Shown here: in pieces, positions 1-12,424 of the stretch | Position numbering within the stretch: the first letter of the stretch is position 1 | How the letters are laid out: every line of letters begins with the position of its first letter | Source of the DNA: Octopus vulgaris | Lineage: Eukaryota | Direction of reading: 5' to 3' | Length of the DNA: 64,000 nucleotides | Assembly: GCA_951406725.2 (NCBI GenBank) | Contig: OX597842.1 | Span: 22,444,001-22,508,000, forward strand | Notes under the pieces: model-generated | Databases searched by the model: none | Told to the model about the DNA's origin: nothing | Seen by the model: only the letters and a program-made list of their open reading frames with translations | Position numbers and translations under genes: made by a program

Positions 1-57
1 GCAGAAAATTCAACAAAACCTGTTACTCTGAGTAACAGGTTTTGTTGAATTTTCTGC
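1..57. repeat. Perfect hairpin, 28-bp arms with a 1-nt loop
   Basis: gcagaaaattcaacaaaacctgttactc-t-gagtaacaggttttgttgaattttctgc. Confidence 0.9.
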
Positions 58-71
58 TGCTTTAAATAAAG

Positions 72-124
<53 letters not shown>

Positions 125-339
125 ATTAGCTTCCTACAGTTTCCATCAACTAAATTCACTCACAAAGCTTTGGTCAGCCCTAAGCTAGAGTAAAAAACAC
201 TTGAACAAGGGGCTGTGTAGTGGGACTGAACCTGCAACCATGTGATTATGATGCAAATTTCTTACCACACAGCCATGCCTGTGCTTACATAACAATTCCT
301 TCTTTTATCTTTGTAAAAAAAATGTTTTAGCCTTTTCTC

Positions 340-420
340 TGTTGAATCTCTACTTTTCAAGTATCTTCTATAACTTATATTTTCTCTCTCTTATTTCAGA
401 ATATCAGATGGCATTCTCAT
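340..420 (+). promoter_or_regulatory. 3' splice acceptor opening the last exon of ZNF1 (AG at 398-399)
   Basis: polypyrimidine tract + TTTCAG|AATATCAGA, homologous upstream of all six ZNFs. Confidence 0.7.
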
Positions 421-862
421 AAAAGAATATTTTTACATCAGATAATCATCCATGTTTGATAATCCCTTGAAGACTAAAAGGAAGTTGTCACACAGAAGAG
501 ATTTAAAAGGGACATATCTAGCCCAAATATTCTACCTGTTATATTTTCAAACTGGCTAGGTCCAGCTTCTCACACCAACCCTGCAATAAAACAATAAACA
601 TTGCCTTTTTCAAGCCTAGCCAGGCTCATGGGCCCGGTTTCTGTGGCATATGGGTTCCCCCCAGACAGACAAACACAGCCTTTGTAATGGATAGGGAGAG
701 AAGTCAGTGAAAAATTTTCAAATGGTAACAAACAAACTTTGATGTATAAAACAAAACAAATTACTGGCTGTTTAACCAACAAGTTCATCAATTAGTTAGT
801 TGGGTAGATAATTAATCAATTGTCTAATAATAAAGGAGCAGAAATGAACCATGTGTGTGTTA

Positions 863-1344
863 TTAACCCTTTCGTTACCAACCCGGCTGAAACCAGCTCT
901 GGCTCTTTAGTACAAATGTCTGGTTTTCAAAAGTTCTGAATTAAAATCTGCCACCAAACCTGAGTCATAATTTACGTCCCTAACTCTAGCTTAATGATAA
1001 CTAAGTTATTTTACTAAATTCTTTGTTATATTTAAAATTAATTGAAAGAAACACATAGCATCTCGACAGAATACGATAACAAAAGGGTTAAAATATATAA
1101 CAGAGAAACAATTCTTAACCCTTTCATTACCAACCCTGCTGAAACCACCTCTGGCTCTGTAGTACAAATGTCTTGTTATCATAAATTTTGAATTAAAATC
1201 TTCCACCAAACCTTAGTCACAATTTATGTTCCTAACACTAGCTTAATAATAACTAAGTTATTTTACTAACTTCTTTGTTATATTTAAAATTAATTGGAAG
1301 AAACACTGAACATCTCAAAATAAATTCAGTAACGAAAGGGTTAA
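863..1344. mobile_element. piggyBac-like TTAA MITE dimer
   Basis: two TTAA|CCCTTT...AAAGGG|TTAA units joined by a short spacer. Confidence 0.8.
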
Positions 1345-1467
1345 TATTGGCATAATGGCACTCACTAGACAGTAAAATCAAACGAAAATTTTTTTTAAAA
1401 TAGGGAAATATTGTGGTGGAAGAAAAAAAATTACAGGAAAAAATGAATTTTGTGCGACACTTTGAGG

Positions 1468-3006
1468 ATGAGTGATTTTATTAAAGAGATGGCAAAAGGG
1501 AGAGGAAAACCATCATACCACTGCAAAAAGTCCTACTCTAAAAAAGGAAACGTTCCTACTCACAAACGTATTCATACACAGGAGAAACCACATCACGGTG
1601 AAGCCTCTGATGAATCATTCCCTGCAAGTAGTTCCTTGACTAATGACAAAAGCCTGAACGCAGGCGAGAAAGCATATCACTGTGATATCTGTAGAGAGTC
1701 GTTCTCTCAAAATATTCACTTAACTATACACAAACGCATTCATACTGGGGAGAGACCACATCATTGTGAGATCTGCGGTTTGTGTTTCTCTCAAAAAAAC
1801 AATTTAATTTATCATAAACGTACACATACAGGAGAAAAACCACATCACTGTGACATCTGTGGTAAATCATTCTCTCAGAAAAGTAACCTCACTACCCATA
1901 AACGTACACATACAGGCGAAAAGCCATATCATTGTGATATTTGTGGTAAATCATTCTCTCAAAATGTTCAACTGACCAGACATAAACATATTCATACAGG
2001 CGAAAAAGAATACCAGTGTGATATCTGTGGGAAATCATTCTCTCGAAATGGTCACTTAGCTAAACACAGATGTACTCATACAGGAGAGAAGCCATATCAC
2101 TGTGATATCTGTGGTTCACCATTCTCTCAGAAAAGTGAATTAACCAATCACAAACGCATTCATACAGGAGAGAAGCCATATCGTTGTGACATCTGTGGGA
2201 AAGCTTTTTCTGTAAGTTGTAATTTGAGTAAACACAGATATATCCATAAGGCAGAGAAACGATATCACTGTGATATTTGTGGTAAAGTATTTGCTTTAAA
2301 CAGTAAGCTAATATCTCACAAACGTATTCACACAGGAGAAAAGCCATATCAATGCGATATCTGTGGTAACTCATTCTCTGAAAACGGCATCTTGACTACA
2401 CACAAACGCATTCATACAGGAGAGAGACCATATCATTGTGATATCTGTGGTAAATCATTCTTACAAAATTATCATTTAACCGTTCACAAACGCATTCATA
2501 CAGGAGAAAAACTATATCACTGCGATATCTGTGGTAAATCATTCTTCGAAGTGTACACCTTAACTGCTCACAAACGTATTCATACTGGAGAGAAGCCATA
2601 TCATTGCGATATCTGTGGTAAATCATTCTCTCTTCGCGGGGAACTAACTAAACACATACGTACACATACAGGAGAGAAACCATTCCACTGTGATATCTGT
2701 GGTAAGTCATTCAGTGTAAGTAGCCACTTAACTAAACACAAACGCGTTCATACTGGGGAGAAGCCATATCACTGTGATATCTGTGGCAAGTCATTCAGTG
2801 GAAGCAGTGACCTAATTAAGCACAAATACATTCATACAGGTGAGAAACCATATGTTTGTAATATCTGTGGTAGATCATTCTCTCAGTCAGGTCACCTGGT
2901 TACTCACAAACAGATTCATACAGGTAGTCCGCGTGTTCACTGTGACATTTGTGGTAAATCATTGTCTCGAAAGAGTCAGTTAACCAGACACGTTTGTAAA
3001 CGTTGA
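1468..3006 (+). CDS. C2H2 zinc-finger protein (ZNF1 of cluster): 15 intact fingers, 2 degenerate N-terminal fingers, 1 terminal H-x-C finger
   Basis: ORF 1450-3006 made of CxxC-x12-HxxxH repeats with TGEKPY linkers; first in-frame ATG at 1468 (the track start 1450 is TTG). Confidence 0.9.
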   Translation: MSDFIKEMAKGRGKPSYHCKKSYSKKGNVPTHKRIHTQEKPHHGEASDESFPASSSLTNDKSLNAGEKAYHCDICRESFSQNIHLTIHKRIHTGERPHHCEICGLCFSQKNNLIYHKRTHTGEKPHHCDICGKSFSQKSNLTTHKRTHTGEKPYHCDICGKSFSQNVQLTRHKHIHTGEKEYQCDICGKSFSRNGHLAKHRCTHTGEKPYHCDICGSPFSQKSELTNHKRIHTGEKPYRCDICGKAFSVSCNLSKHRYIHKAEKRYHCDICGKVFALNSKLISHKRIHTGEKPYQCDICGNSFSENGILTTHKRIHTGERPYHCDICGKSFLQNYHLTVHKRIHTGEKLYHCDICGKSFFEVYTLTAHKRIHTGEKPYHCDICGKSFSLRGELTKHIRTHTGEKPFHCDICGKSFSVSSHLTKHKRVHTGEKPYHCDICGKSFSGSSDLIKHKYIHTGEKPYVCNICGRSFSQSGHLVTHKQIHTGSPRVHCDICGKSLSRKSQLTRHVCKR

Positions 3007-3032
3007 CGAAAAAAGTTAACCCTAACCCTAAC

Positions 3033-3566
3033 CCAAATTTGCCATCAAGATGTAAGACAAGATACTGTGATAGCCTGGGCTTCAGAGGCCCACAGCTCTT
3101 CAATATCCTCCCGAAGAACCTGAGAGACCTGCATGGGGTGGATGTAGGTCCCAAACTTTGGCATCAAGAGTTATAGAAATACTAGAACTTGGCGCCACTG
3201 CATGGTGCCAAGGACTCCAAATTTGCCATCAAGATGTAGGACAAGATACTGTGATAGCCTGGGCTTCAGAGGCCCACAGCTCTTCATTATCCTCCCGAAG
3301 GCCCTGAGAGACCTACATGGGGTGGATGCAGATGTCTTTAAAATGAAACTGGATCTCTTCCTGTCAGGTGTCCCAGATGAACCAAGTTCATGGCAGGAGG
3401 TGCAGATGAGGGCAGCTGCATCGAACTCTCTCATGCACCAAATGGCAATTGCTAAAAAGCATTCGTGAAGTAAAATCATGTAGCAACACCAAATGGCGGT
3501 GCCCCAGCATGGCCACAGCTCGTGAGCTGAAGCTAGATGAAATAAAATAAAAAAATAAATAAAATA
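3033..3566 (+). mobile_element. 3' end of a CR1/L2-group LINE with a partly duplicated segment
   Basis: SLGFRGPQLF..LP..FKMKLDLFLSGVPDEP, short 3'UTR and (AAATA)n tail. Confidence 0.65.
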
Positions 3567-4784
3567 AGTATTTTTATTGTTTCAGTCTATTCAGACTGTG
3601 GCCATTGGTCACAATCTTGAAGAATTCTTACTTGAATGAATCAAAGCAGTATTTTGTCTGCCATTACGTTCTGAGTTCAAATTTCACCATGGTCAACTTT
3701 GCCTTTCATCCTTTCAGGGTCGATAAATTAAGTACCAGTTACGCACTGGAGTCGATATATATTTCTTTATTGCCTGCAAGGGGCTAAACATAGAGAGGAC
3801 AAACAAGGACAGACAAAGTGATTAAGTCTATTACATCGGCCCCAGTGCGTAACTGGTACTCTATTTATCGACCCCGAAAGGATGAAAGGCAAAGTTGACC
3901 TCGGCGGAATTTGAACTCAGAACGTAACGCCAGACAAAATACGTCTACGCATATCGCCCGGCGTGCTAACGTTTCTGCCAGCTCGCCGCCTTAGTCGATA
4001 TAATCGAGTTAATCCCTTTGTCCTTGTTTGTCCCCTCTATGTTTAGCCCCTTGTGGGCAAAAAAGAAATAGGTATTTCGTCTGCCATTACATTCTGAGTA
4101 CAAATTCCGCCGAGGTCGACTTTGCCTTTCATCCTTTCGGAATCGATAAATTAAGTACCAGTTACGCACTGGGGTCGATTTAATCGACTTAATCCGTTTG
4201 TCTGTCCTTGCTTGTCCCCTCTGTGTTTAGCCCCTTGTGGGTAGTACAGAAATAAATATTTATGTTACCCATTATTTCATGTATCAGTTTGCTGTTATTT
4301 TTCAAGTTACTGTGGAGATGATTAAAGAATCCAGCCTAAGTGCTCAGCTATGTTCTCTCTCTTTCTCTTTTACTTGTTTCAGTCATTTGACTGCAGCCAT
4401 GCTGGAGCACCGCCTTTAATCGAGCAACTCGACCCTGGGACTTATTCTATCGGTCTCTTTTTGCCGAACCACTAAGTAACAGGGACGTAGCACACCAGCA
4501 CCGGTTGTCAAGCAATGCTAGGGGGACAAACACAAACACACACACACACACATATATATATACGATAGGCTTCTTTCAGTTTCCATCTACCAAATCCACT
4601 CACAAGGCTTTGGTCGGCTGGAGGCTATAGTAGAAGACACTTTCCCAAGGTGCCATGCAGTAGGACTGAACCCAGAACCATGTGGTTGGTAAGCAAGCTA
4701 CTTACCACACAGCCACTCCTGCGCCTGTTATTGTTTTTTATCAAGTATTTATTTTTGTTTTGATGTTTTCTTTTGTGATTGTAC

Positions 4785-5260
4785 ATTACTTGTACTTGTG
4801 GCGACATTCACCCTGGGCGGGTTGAGTCGGCTTCTACCATGGAAGAAGTTTCGTGGGAATATGTGGATTTCACAAGAGGTCCCCAACAATCCCGCATGTG
4901 GAGACATCCTGTTTGCCGCAAATTGTCTGCAGACGCAGGGACAGAACGACTGAGGAGCCGGCGGTTGCCGAAACAGACACTCTGAGGATTTTCACCAGAT
5001 GTGACCCTAATACCACTCGGTGTCAGACCAATACGCCTTGGGTGGCCCTACCAGGAACCGAAGTTCCCGGCGGCATAGCTCTGACACTACCCATTGCCAG
5101 CGTCCCCATGGTGAGGAGAGGATGTACATGAGCACAGTCGACCCCACTTTGTAAATCCATCACGGGACCGCCTGTTTTAGAGTTATTAAAAGGGGGGTTT
5201 ATTAACCAAGGGAACAGAATTCATCAATTGATTAAACATGTATTTATTAAAATACATACA
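4785..5260. repeat. Unclassified GC-rich dispersed repeat (also 6220-6520, 6770-6885, 26615-27050)
   Basis: clear sequence identity among four copies. Confidence 0.7.
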
Positions 5261-5829
5261 CAGGTGCAGGAGTGTCTGTGTGGTAAAAAGCTTGCTTACG
5301 AACCGCATGGTTCCGGGTTCAGTCCCACAGCGTGGCATCTTGGGCAAGTGTCTTCTACTATAGCCTCGGGCTGACCAAAGCCTTGTGAGTGGATTTGGTA
5401 GACGGAAACTGAAAGAAGCCCGTTGTATATATTATAGGTGTAGGAGTGGCTGTGTGGTAAGAAGCTTACTTACGAACCACATGGTTCTGGGTTCAGTCCT
5501 ACTTCGTGGCACCTTGGGCAAGTGTCTTCTACTATAGCCTCGGGCCGACCAAAGCCTTGTTAGTGGATTTGATAGACGGAAACTGAAAGAAGCCCGTCGT
5601 ATATATATGTGTGTTTGTCCCCACCATATCGCTTGACAACCGATGCTGGTGTGTTTACGTCCCCGTAACTTAGTGGTTCGGCAAAAGAGACCGATAGAAT
5701 AAGTACTAGGCTTACAAAGAATAAGTCCTGGGGTCGATTTGCTCGACTAAAGGTGGTGCTCCAGCATGGCCATAGTCAAATGACTGAAACAAGTAAAAGA
5801 GCATATGAAAACACAAATAAAAACATTAT

Positions 5830-7110
5830 AAACAAGGTCCTCAAATGAAAAATTTCTTGAGCATCATTTGCTTTGCTGGATGCTTTATTCACAACTCTGC
5901 CTTGATTTTTCCCTTAAAAATTCTAAAAAGATCTGTGTCACTTTGAGTTAGAGAGTGTCTTATTTCAGCTGGTGTTGGAGGCTCCGGAACTCTTTCATCA
6001 ACATCAACGTTGGAATCGCCATCTTCATCCCCTTCAGTTTCCTTCTCAGATTGCCGAGTGTCGTGAATGATCTCATGTAGATTTTCTTCTTCGGTGGTTA
6101 TATCTGGGTTAACCACAGCACCACCATCTATGGACAACCAGTTCTCGAATTGCGTTTTGGAGAATATATCACTTTAAGTTAGAGAGTGTCTCATTTCAGC
6201 TGGTGCTGGAGGACACAGACGTAGGGACAGAACGACCGAGGATCCGGCGGTTGCCGAAACAGACACTCTGAGGATTTTCACCAGAGCCCCGCCTTGGGTG
6301 GCCCTACCAAGAACCAAAGTTCCTGACCGCATAGCTCTGGCACTACCCATTGCCAGCGTCCCCACCACAGTGAGGAGGGGATGTACATGAGTACAGTCGA
6401 CCCCACTTTGTAAATCCATCACGGGACCACCTGTTTTAGAATTATTAAAAGGGGGGTTTATTAACCAAGGGAACAGAATTCATCAATTGATTAAACATGT
6501 ATTTATTAAAATACATACATAGGCGCAGGAGTGGCTGTGTGGTAAGTAGCTTGCTTACGAACCACATGGTTCCGGGTTCAGTCCCACAGCGTGGCATCTT
6601 GGACAAGTGTCTTCTACTATAGCCTCGGGCCGACCAGAGCCTTGTGAGTGGGTTTGGTATACGGAAACTGAAAGAAGCCCATCGTATATATATGTGTGTT
6701 TGTCCCCACCATATCGCTTGACAACCGATGCTGGTGTGTTTACGTCCCTACCAGGAACCAAAGTTCCTGACGGCATAGCTCTGGCACTACCCATTGCCAA
6801 CGTCCCCACCACAGTGAGGAGGGGATGTACATGAGTACAGTCGACCCCACTTTGTAAATCCATCATGGGACCGCTTATTTTAGAGTGAAGGCAGGATTCT
6901 TCGGCTGAAACAAAACCATCTTTGATCCAACAATGTTTGATTGTCTGGCAACAGACCTTCTTCCAGGCTACACTTAACATGTACATGCCATCCAAAATAG
7001 TGATCCGCTTTGCACCCTGTTTTTCTGCTGGTGAGTTGCTCTTTGGTACTACCCACCATTTTTGGGGGGTGACTGACTTACTGATAAAACTTTTCCTTCA
7101 ACAGAAAAGT
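5830..7110 (-). mobile_element. Decayed pogo/Tigger-like transposase 3' region (5830-6215, 6885-7110) interrupted by other repeats
   Basis: AWKKVCCQTIKHCWIKDGF plus an acidic tail with PPTPAE, typical of Tigger C-termini. Confidence 0.6.
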
Positions 7111-7275
7111 TTTGGTTACTCTTTTACTTGTTTCAGTCATTTGACTGTGGCCATGCTGGAGTACCGCCTTTAGTTGAGCAAATCGACGCCAGGACTTATT
7201 CTTTGTAAGCCAAGTACTTATTTTATCGGTCTCTTTGGCTGAACCACTAAGTTACGGAGAAGTAAACACACCAAC

Positions 7276-7676
7276 ATGGCAAAGAATTCATCAACGTATC
7301 TTTTTACATCATCCAAGGAATTGAAATTTTTACCATTAAGACTATTCTGCAGAGACCTGAATAAGTGGAAATCCAAAGGAGCAATATCTGGTGAATATGG
7401 AGGGTGGGGTAACACATCCCAGCCGAGCTGCAGCAATTTTTGTCTGGTTCCCAAAGCATCAAGTGCCGAAAATGAACTTTCTTATCTTCCATTTTAAAGG
7501 GTTACAGAATTAACACAGGTTATAGGATCACAAACCTTCTTTCACGAAAAGATAGCTTAAACTGTGCTCTAAATGGAGGTGTAGTAAAATTCTATTTTAT
7601 GGACTCAAACATGTTCTAAAATAAGTCGAAAGGTAAGCTACTATAAATCGGCACAAACTTTCCAGACAACCCAATA
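7276..7676 (-). mobile_element. Internally deleted mariner element
   Basis: HPPYSPDIAPLDFHLFRSL motif, N-terminal MEDKKVHFRH, terminal TA|TTGGGTTGTCTGGAAAG. Confidence 0.8.
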
Positions 7677-8514
7677 CTTTCTAGTTATCAAGCTCTCAAA
7701 CTTTTGCATTAAAATTCATGCATTTTTTCTGAAAAACAGGGGGAAATTTGCAGAAATTCAGGATTTGGGGTATCTTAAAATTTAGACGTGATGATAAAAA
7801 GTGGATTCCATTTTTGGATTCAGCATATTAAAAACCTTTCGAATCAAGTAAAAACATCAGTAAATTATCTACAGATCTTGTGGCCCAAATCATCATCATC
7901 ATCATCATCGTTTAGTGTCCACTTTCCATGCCAGCATGGGTTGGACGGTTCAACTGGGGTCTGGGAAGCCAGAAGGCTGCACCAAGCCCAGTCTGATCTG
8001 GCAATGTTTCTACAGCTGGATGCCCTTCCTAACGCCAACCACTCCGTGAGTGTAGTGGGTGCTTTTTTCATGCCACCGGCACAGGTGCCAGACGTGGATG
8101 GCAAACGGCCATGATCGGATGATGCTTTTTACGTGCCACCGGCACAAGGCCAGTTGGAGCGGTGCTGACAATGGCCACGTTCGGATGGTTCTCTTACGTG
8201 CCACCGGCACTGGTATCACTGCTGCAATTTCCATTGATGTTGATCGATTTCGATTCTCACTTGCCCCAACAGGTCTTCACAAGTAGAGTTTTGTGTCCCA
8301 AGAAGCAAAGGTATGCATAAGTGGACTGGCTACATCCTATGTAGAGGCCACAGGTTATGGTCTCACTTGTCCTGCCGGGTCTTCTCACGCACAGCATACT
8401 TCCAAAGGTAAAAAAGCCTTCTTCAAAAAGGAACCAATGTTAACTTCTGTTGCACCAGGGATGCTGAATTTCTTATGTTCTTTACAGAAAATGATGTGCT
8501 AGTGTAGGTGTGGT

Positions 8515-9116
8515 GAATCCTTTCGGTTTGAACGGCAGTTTTTTTCTAGGGGTGTCATATGAAATTGTCACCCATAATTATGACCCTAGTATCGATCTAT
8601 TGCATTTCAATCTGTTTTAGGGTTAGGGGTGGGGGGGAAGGGTATCTTTTTTTCTTCACAAATGTAAATAAACCCAATCTGTTTCTTAAACGAGGGACAT
8701 ATTCATACGGCACAGAATGTTTTCACCTCAATAGACGTCATTGATTTGTTGAAATTGTCACCCATAATTATGACCCTAGTATTGATCTATTGCATTTCAA
8801 TCTGTTTTAGGGTTAGGGGTGGGGGGAAGGGTATCTTTTTTTCTTCAGAAATGTAAAAAAAAACAATCTGTTTCTTAAATGAAGGACATATTCATATGGC
8901 ACAGAATGTTTTCACCTCAATAGACGTCATTGATTGGTTGAAATTGCAGAAATTGAAGAAAAAAACAACAAATATCTTACAAACTATAGAATTTTCTTAA
9001 GAAAGCCAAGAGAAAAAGATGTTTTATAAACACATTCTAACAGTATCCGAAGTTTAAAAGTGTTTAGTTACGTGGATATTATTTAAAAAAAACTGCCGGT
9101 CAAACCGAAAAGATCC
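8515..9116. mobile_element. M2-related MITE with an internal ~200-bp tandem duplication
   Basis: termini gaatcctttcggtttgaacggcag / ctgccggtcaaaccgaaaagatcc. Confidence 0.65.
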
Positions 9117-9210
9117 GGTGTCACCATGTCACTGTAATTCATTCAATGAAGAAAAAAAAATTCCAATGATTCCGGGATAGGAAGGGATACAGTTTCCTAC
9201 CCTACCTACA

Positions 9211-9938
9211 GACAACATCCTGTCACTAACCCTAACCCTCACCCTAACTCTAAATTTTAGCCTTTCGTTTTTTTTTCTTAATTGTTAAATTAATTTAAGG
9301 ATAACAATTAAGAAAGAAAAAAACGAAAGCAATGGAAAATAATTTTAATCTATACTTACTTTACATTATCAAGCGATTACTGTTTCAATCTCATTCTGAG
9401 ATTTAATTATGCTTACTGTTCGTTTTTCGACATCAGTGGCAGATGCCATTAGAAAAACTTATATCTATTTGCAAAGGAGCCTTCTCTTTCATCGCTACCT
9501 GGTGGTTACCGCCCGTTGACGAGGGACAAAAATCCCAAAACTAGTTTGAGCGTATCACTCAGGCTTGCGAGGAAGGGATGGCCTCCCTTTGCAAATTCTC
9601 CAAGGACACAGATATTGTGTCTAAAGCCAGCTAGAGACGAAGATCTCTTGGGGCTATAAAGCTACAGTAACACCCCCACCCTCCCCAATGTGGTTAGCCA
9701 TGATAAGATGGCTTCTATACTTTACATTATCGAGCGATTACTATTTCAATCTCATTCTGAGATTTAATTATGAATTTTAATCTAACAATTAAGAAAAAAA
9801 AAACGAAGGCAAAAACTCAAAACAAAAACAAAACGAATAATTTTAGACACACGCGTAACAATTAAATTAATTTAACAATTAAGAAAAAAAAACGAAAGGC
9901 TAAAATTGAGGGTTGGGGTTAGTGACAGGATGTTGTCT
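9211..9938. mobile_element. TIR element with CCCTAA-like subterminal repeats
   Basis: gacaacatcctgtcactaaccc.. inverted at 9860-9938; internal direct repeat 9353-9410 / 9718-9770. Confidence 0.6.
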
Positions 9939-10124
9939 CAATAGAGGCCATAGATTGGTTAAAATTCGAAAATTAAACTACGTTAAACTTACAAATTACA
10001 ATTTTCTCAAGAAAGCCAAGAGAAAAAAGTTTTATTTTGACCCATTCTACTAGTATACGAAGTTTTAAAATGTTTAGTTAACTAGAAATTGTGTTGAAAA
10101 CTGCCGTTCAAAAGGAAAAGATCC

Positions 10125-10535
10125 GGCGATCTTTCGTCTCTAGTAGACCTTTCCGTCGATTTCCGTAAAAAAATTTTTTTTTACATATGGGCTTGCGGGA
10201 ACTTTTGAAGTAATGAGAGCGAAAGAGACTAAGAGAAAGCGATTGTATGACGAGGGAAGTTCTTCTGAAGTTACCGTGCATGGGAGCATTGATGTATATG
10301 TGTGTGTGTTTGATGGGGTGTGGGAGACAGACAGTATGTTGTGTAAGTGAAGTGCTTCTGTTAGTGTGTGTGAAGAGACAGAGTAATGTGTGAAAGAAAG
10401 AGATAACTGAAATTTTTACTCGGTGTATGTGTATATGTATGTATATTACTTCAAAAGTTCCCGCAAGCCCATATGTAAAAAAAAAATTTTTTTACGGAAA
10501 TCGACGGAAAGGTCTACTAGAGACGAAAGATCGCA
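10125..10535. mobile_element. MITE family M1 (TIR ~85 bp starting GGCGATCTTTCG; 8-9 bp TSD)
   Basis: long inverted repeats; flanked by (a)aaagatcc on both sides. Confidence 0.85.
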
Positions 10536-10849
10536 AAAGATCCAAATTTTATTTAATTTGTGTAAAAAAATTATATATATTGTTTTAAAAAAAAATTTTC
10601 TTTTATATGTATTCAGCCTTGAAATACAAATATGTAACGCGCATACGCGCAAGTCGTTGTAGGATCGACTACTTACGACTAGCTAGCGCGAGTACGCGCA
10701 CCTGGACCACTGTTCGCTAGGATTACCGACAAAGTCGTCCTCGGTGGAAACTGAACACAAAACTTGAAACTAAATAATGCTTTTCTTGCCCCTTAAAATT
10801 CGGGGGAAAAGAACTCATTTTTACGTGAGATAAAGAAGTGTTTGAATCG

Positions 10850-11299
10850 CGAGTTACTTCCCGCAAAATTTCTTTTCATTCATTCCTTGCTATTGTTTGA
10901 AGCACTTTTTTATATATGTATATATATAATGGATCACATCTACGTAACAGTGGATATTTAGCGGAGATTTAATTAAATGGACATTATTCTAATCAACCAC
11001 GTAAAGAAATAGCTATATTCCCTGCTATTGTTCAATCCACATCTATATTTATTGAGTCATATCTGCTTCACAACGGATATTTAGCGGAGTTCTAATTAAA
11101 AGTACATGATCGCTAATTAACTGCGAAAAGAAAGTCGTGACAACATTCATTATTACATTGATGTGAAAATATAAATCAACGTCTACTGTAAAATTTAGTT
11201 CTTATGAAGCTGTCAGTGTCTGGATTGTCTTAAGATCTGATTATATGAACATATTGTGCACTGTCTTCCCCCTTATTGGGGCTTGATTAATAAGTAAGT
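10850..11299 (+). promoter_or_regulatory. Candidate promoter/non-coding first exon of ZNF2, donor GTAAGT at 11294
   Basis: homologous to 23905-24213 upstream of ZNF3; both end at a GTAAGT. Confidence 0.5.
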
Positions 11300-12162
11300 A
11301 TTGTTATAATATACATCTACATTGTAAGAGTCGTCTTACGAATATCTCTTAATGTTGGAGTGAACAGTGTGATCGTTGTCTAAGATATAGAAAAACACCT
11401 AGGTCTCATAAAACTGGTACACGTACACAAAACGAACAAACCGTTTCAGTCTCTGAGACCAAAACAATAATTTATATTTCTTTACTACCCACAACGGGCT
11501 AAACATAGAGGGGACAAACAAGGACAGACAAAGGGATTAAGTCGATTACATGGGCCCCAGTGCGCAACTGGTACTTAATTTATCGACCCCGAAAGGATGA
11601 AAGGCAAAGTCGACCTCGGCGGAATTTGAACTCGGAACGTAACGACAGACGAAATACTGCTACGAATTTCGCCCGGCGTGCTAACGTTTTTACCAGCCCG
11701 CCGCGAAAACAATAATATAAGTTCCATATAAGGTAGTAAGCTGGCAGAATCGTTAGCACGCTGGGCAAAATGCTGTGCGGTATTTCGTCCGCCGCTACGT
11801 TCTGAGTTCAAATTCCGCCGAGGTCGACTTTGCCTTTCATCCTTTCGGGGTCGATAAATTAAGTACCCCGTCTGTCTGTCCTTGTTTGTCCCCTCTGTGT
11901 TTAGCCCCTTGTGGGTAGTAAAGAAATAAGTATTTCGTTTGCCGTTACGTTCTCAGTTCAAATTCCACCGAGGTCGACTTTGCCTTTCATCTTTTCGGGG
12001 TCGATAAAATAAGGGCATCCATCCTCAATTTTTTTTTTTTTTCGAAATTTCAAGTTTCATTTTATCAGTATGTATATGTATGAGTCCGCCAAGTTTGTTT
12101 TTTTATGTTAAATTCCCATATAATCGTAACCTACACACTCTGGGAGGTATTTATAGAAAATT

Positions 12163-12424
12163 TGGCATTCCTTCGATATAACTCGACAAAATCAAAACAT
12201 TCCCCTTCGGGTATTTCCGTGGGTTGTGGAGTATAGATATAACGAAATTATGCCAGCAATGTCTCATCTTAAACTTGAAGAAAAAAACCTTGCATATTTG
12301 TTCTTACCTGTATGAAAAATCCGCAAATTTCCTAGCAGAAAACAGAATCGAACTGTCATTTGCATCCACGGAAATACCCGAAGTGAAATGTTTTGATTTT
12401 GTCGAATCATATCGAAAGAATGCC
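12163..12424. repeat. Inverted-repeat (MITE-like) element; related fragment at 25300-25390
   Basis: ~60-bp imperfect arms at 12163-12222 and 12365-12424. Confidence 0.6.

Noticed and set aside
2060-2626. Antisense ORFs over ZNF genes ([10 protein letters not shown] repeats; also 16978-17550, 28342-29130, 37610-38596, 51329-51577)
   Set aside because: Shadow frames of the 84-bp finger repeat, with no independent coding signal
7218-7492. Domesticated SETMAR-like gene
   Set aside because: Large internal deletion, no SET domain, truncated by a SINE
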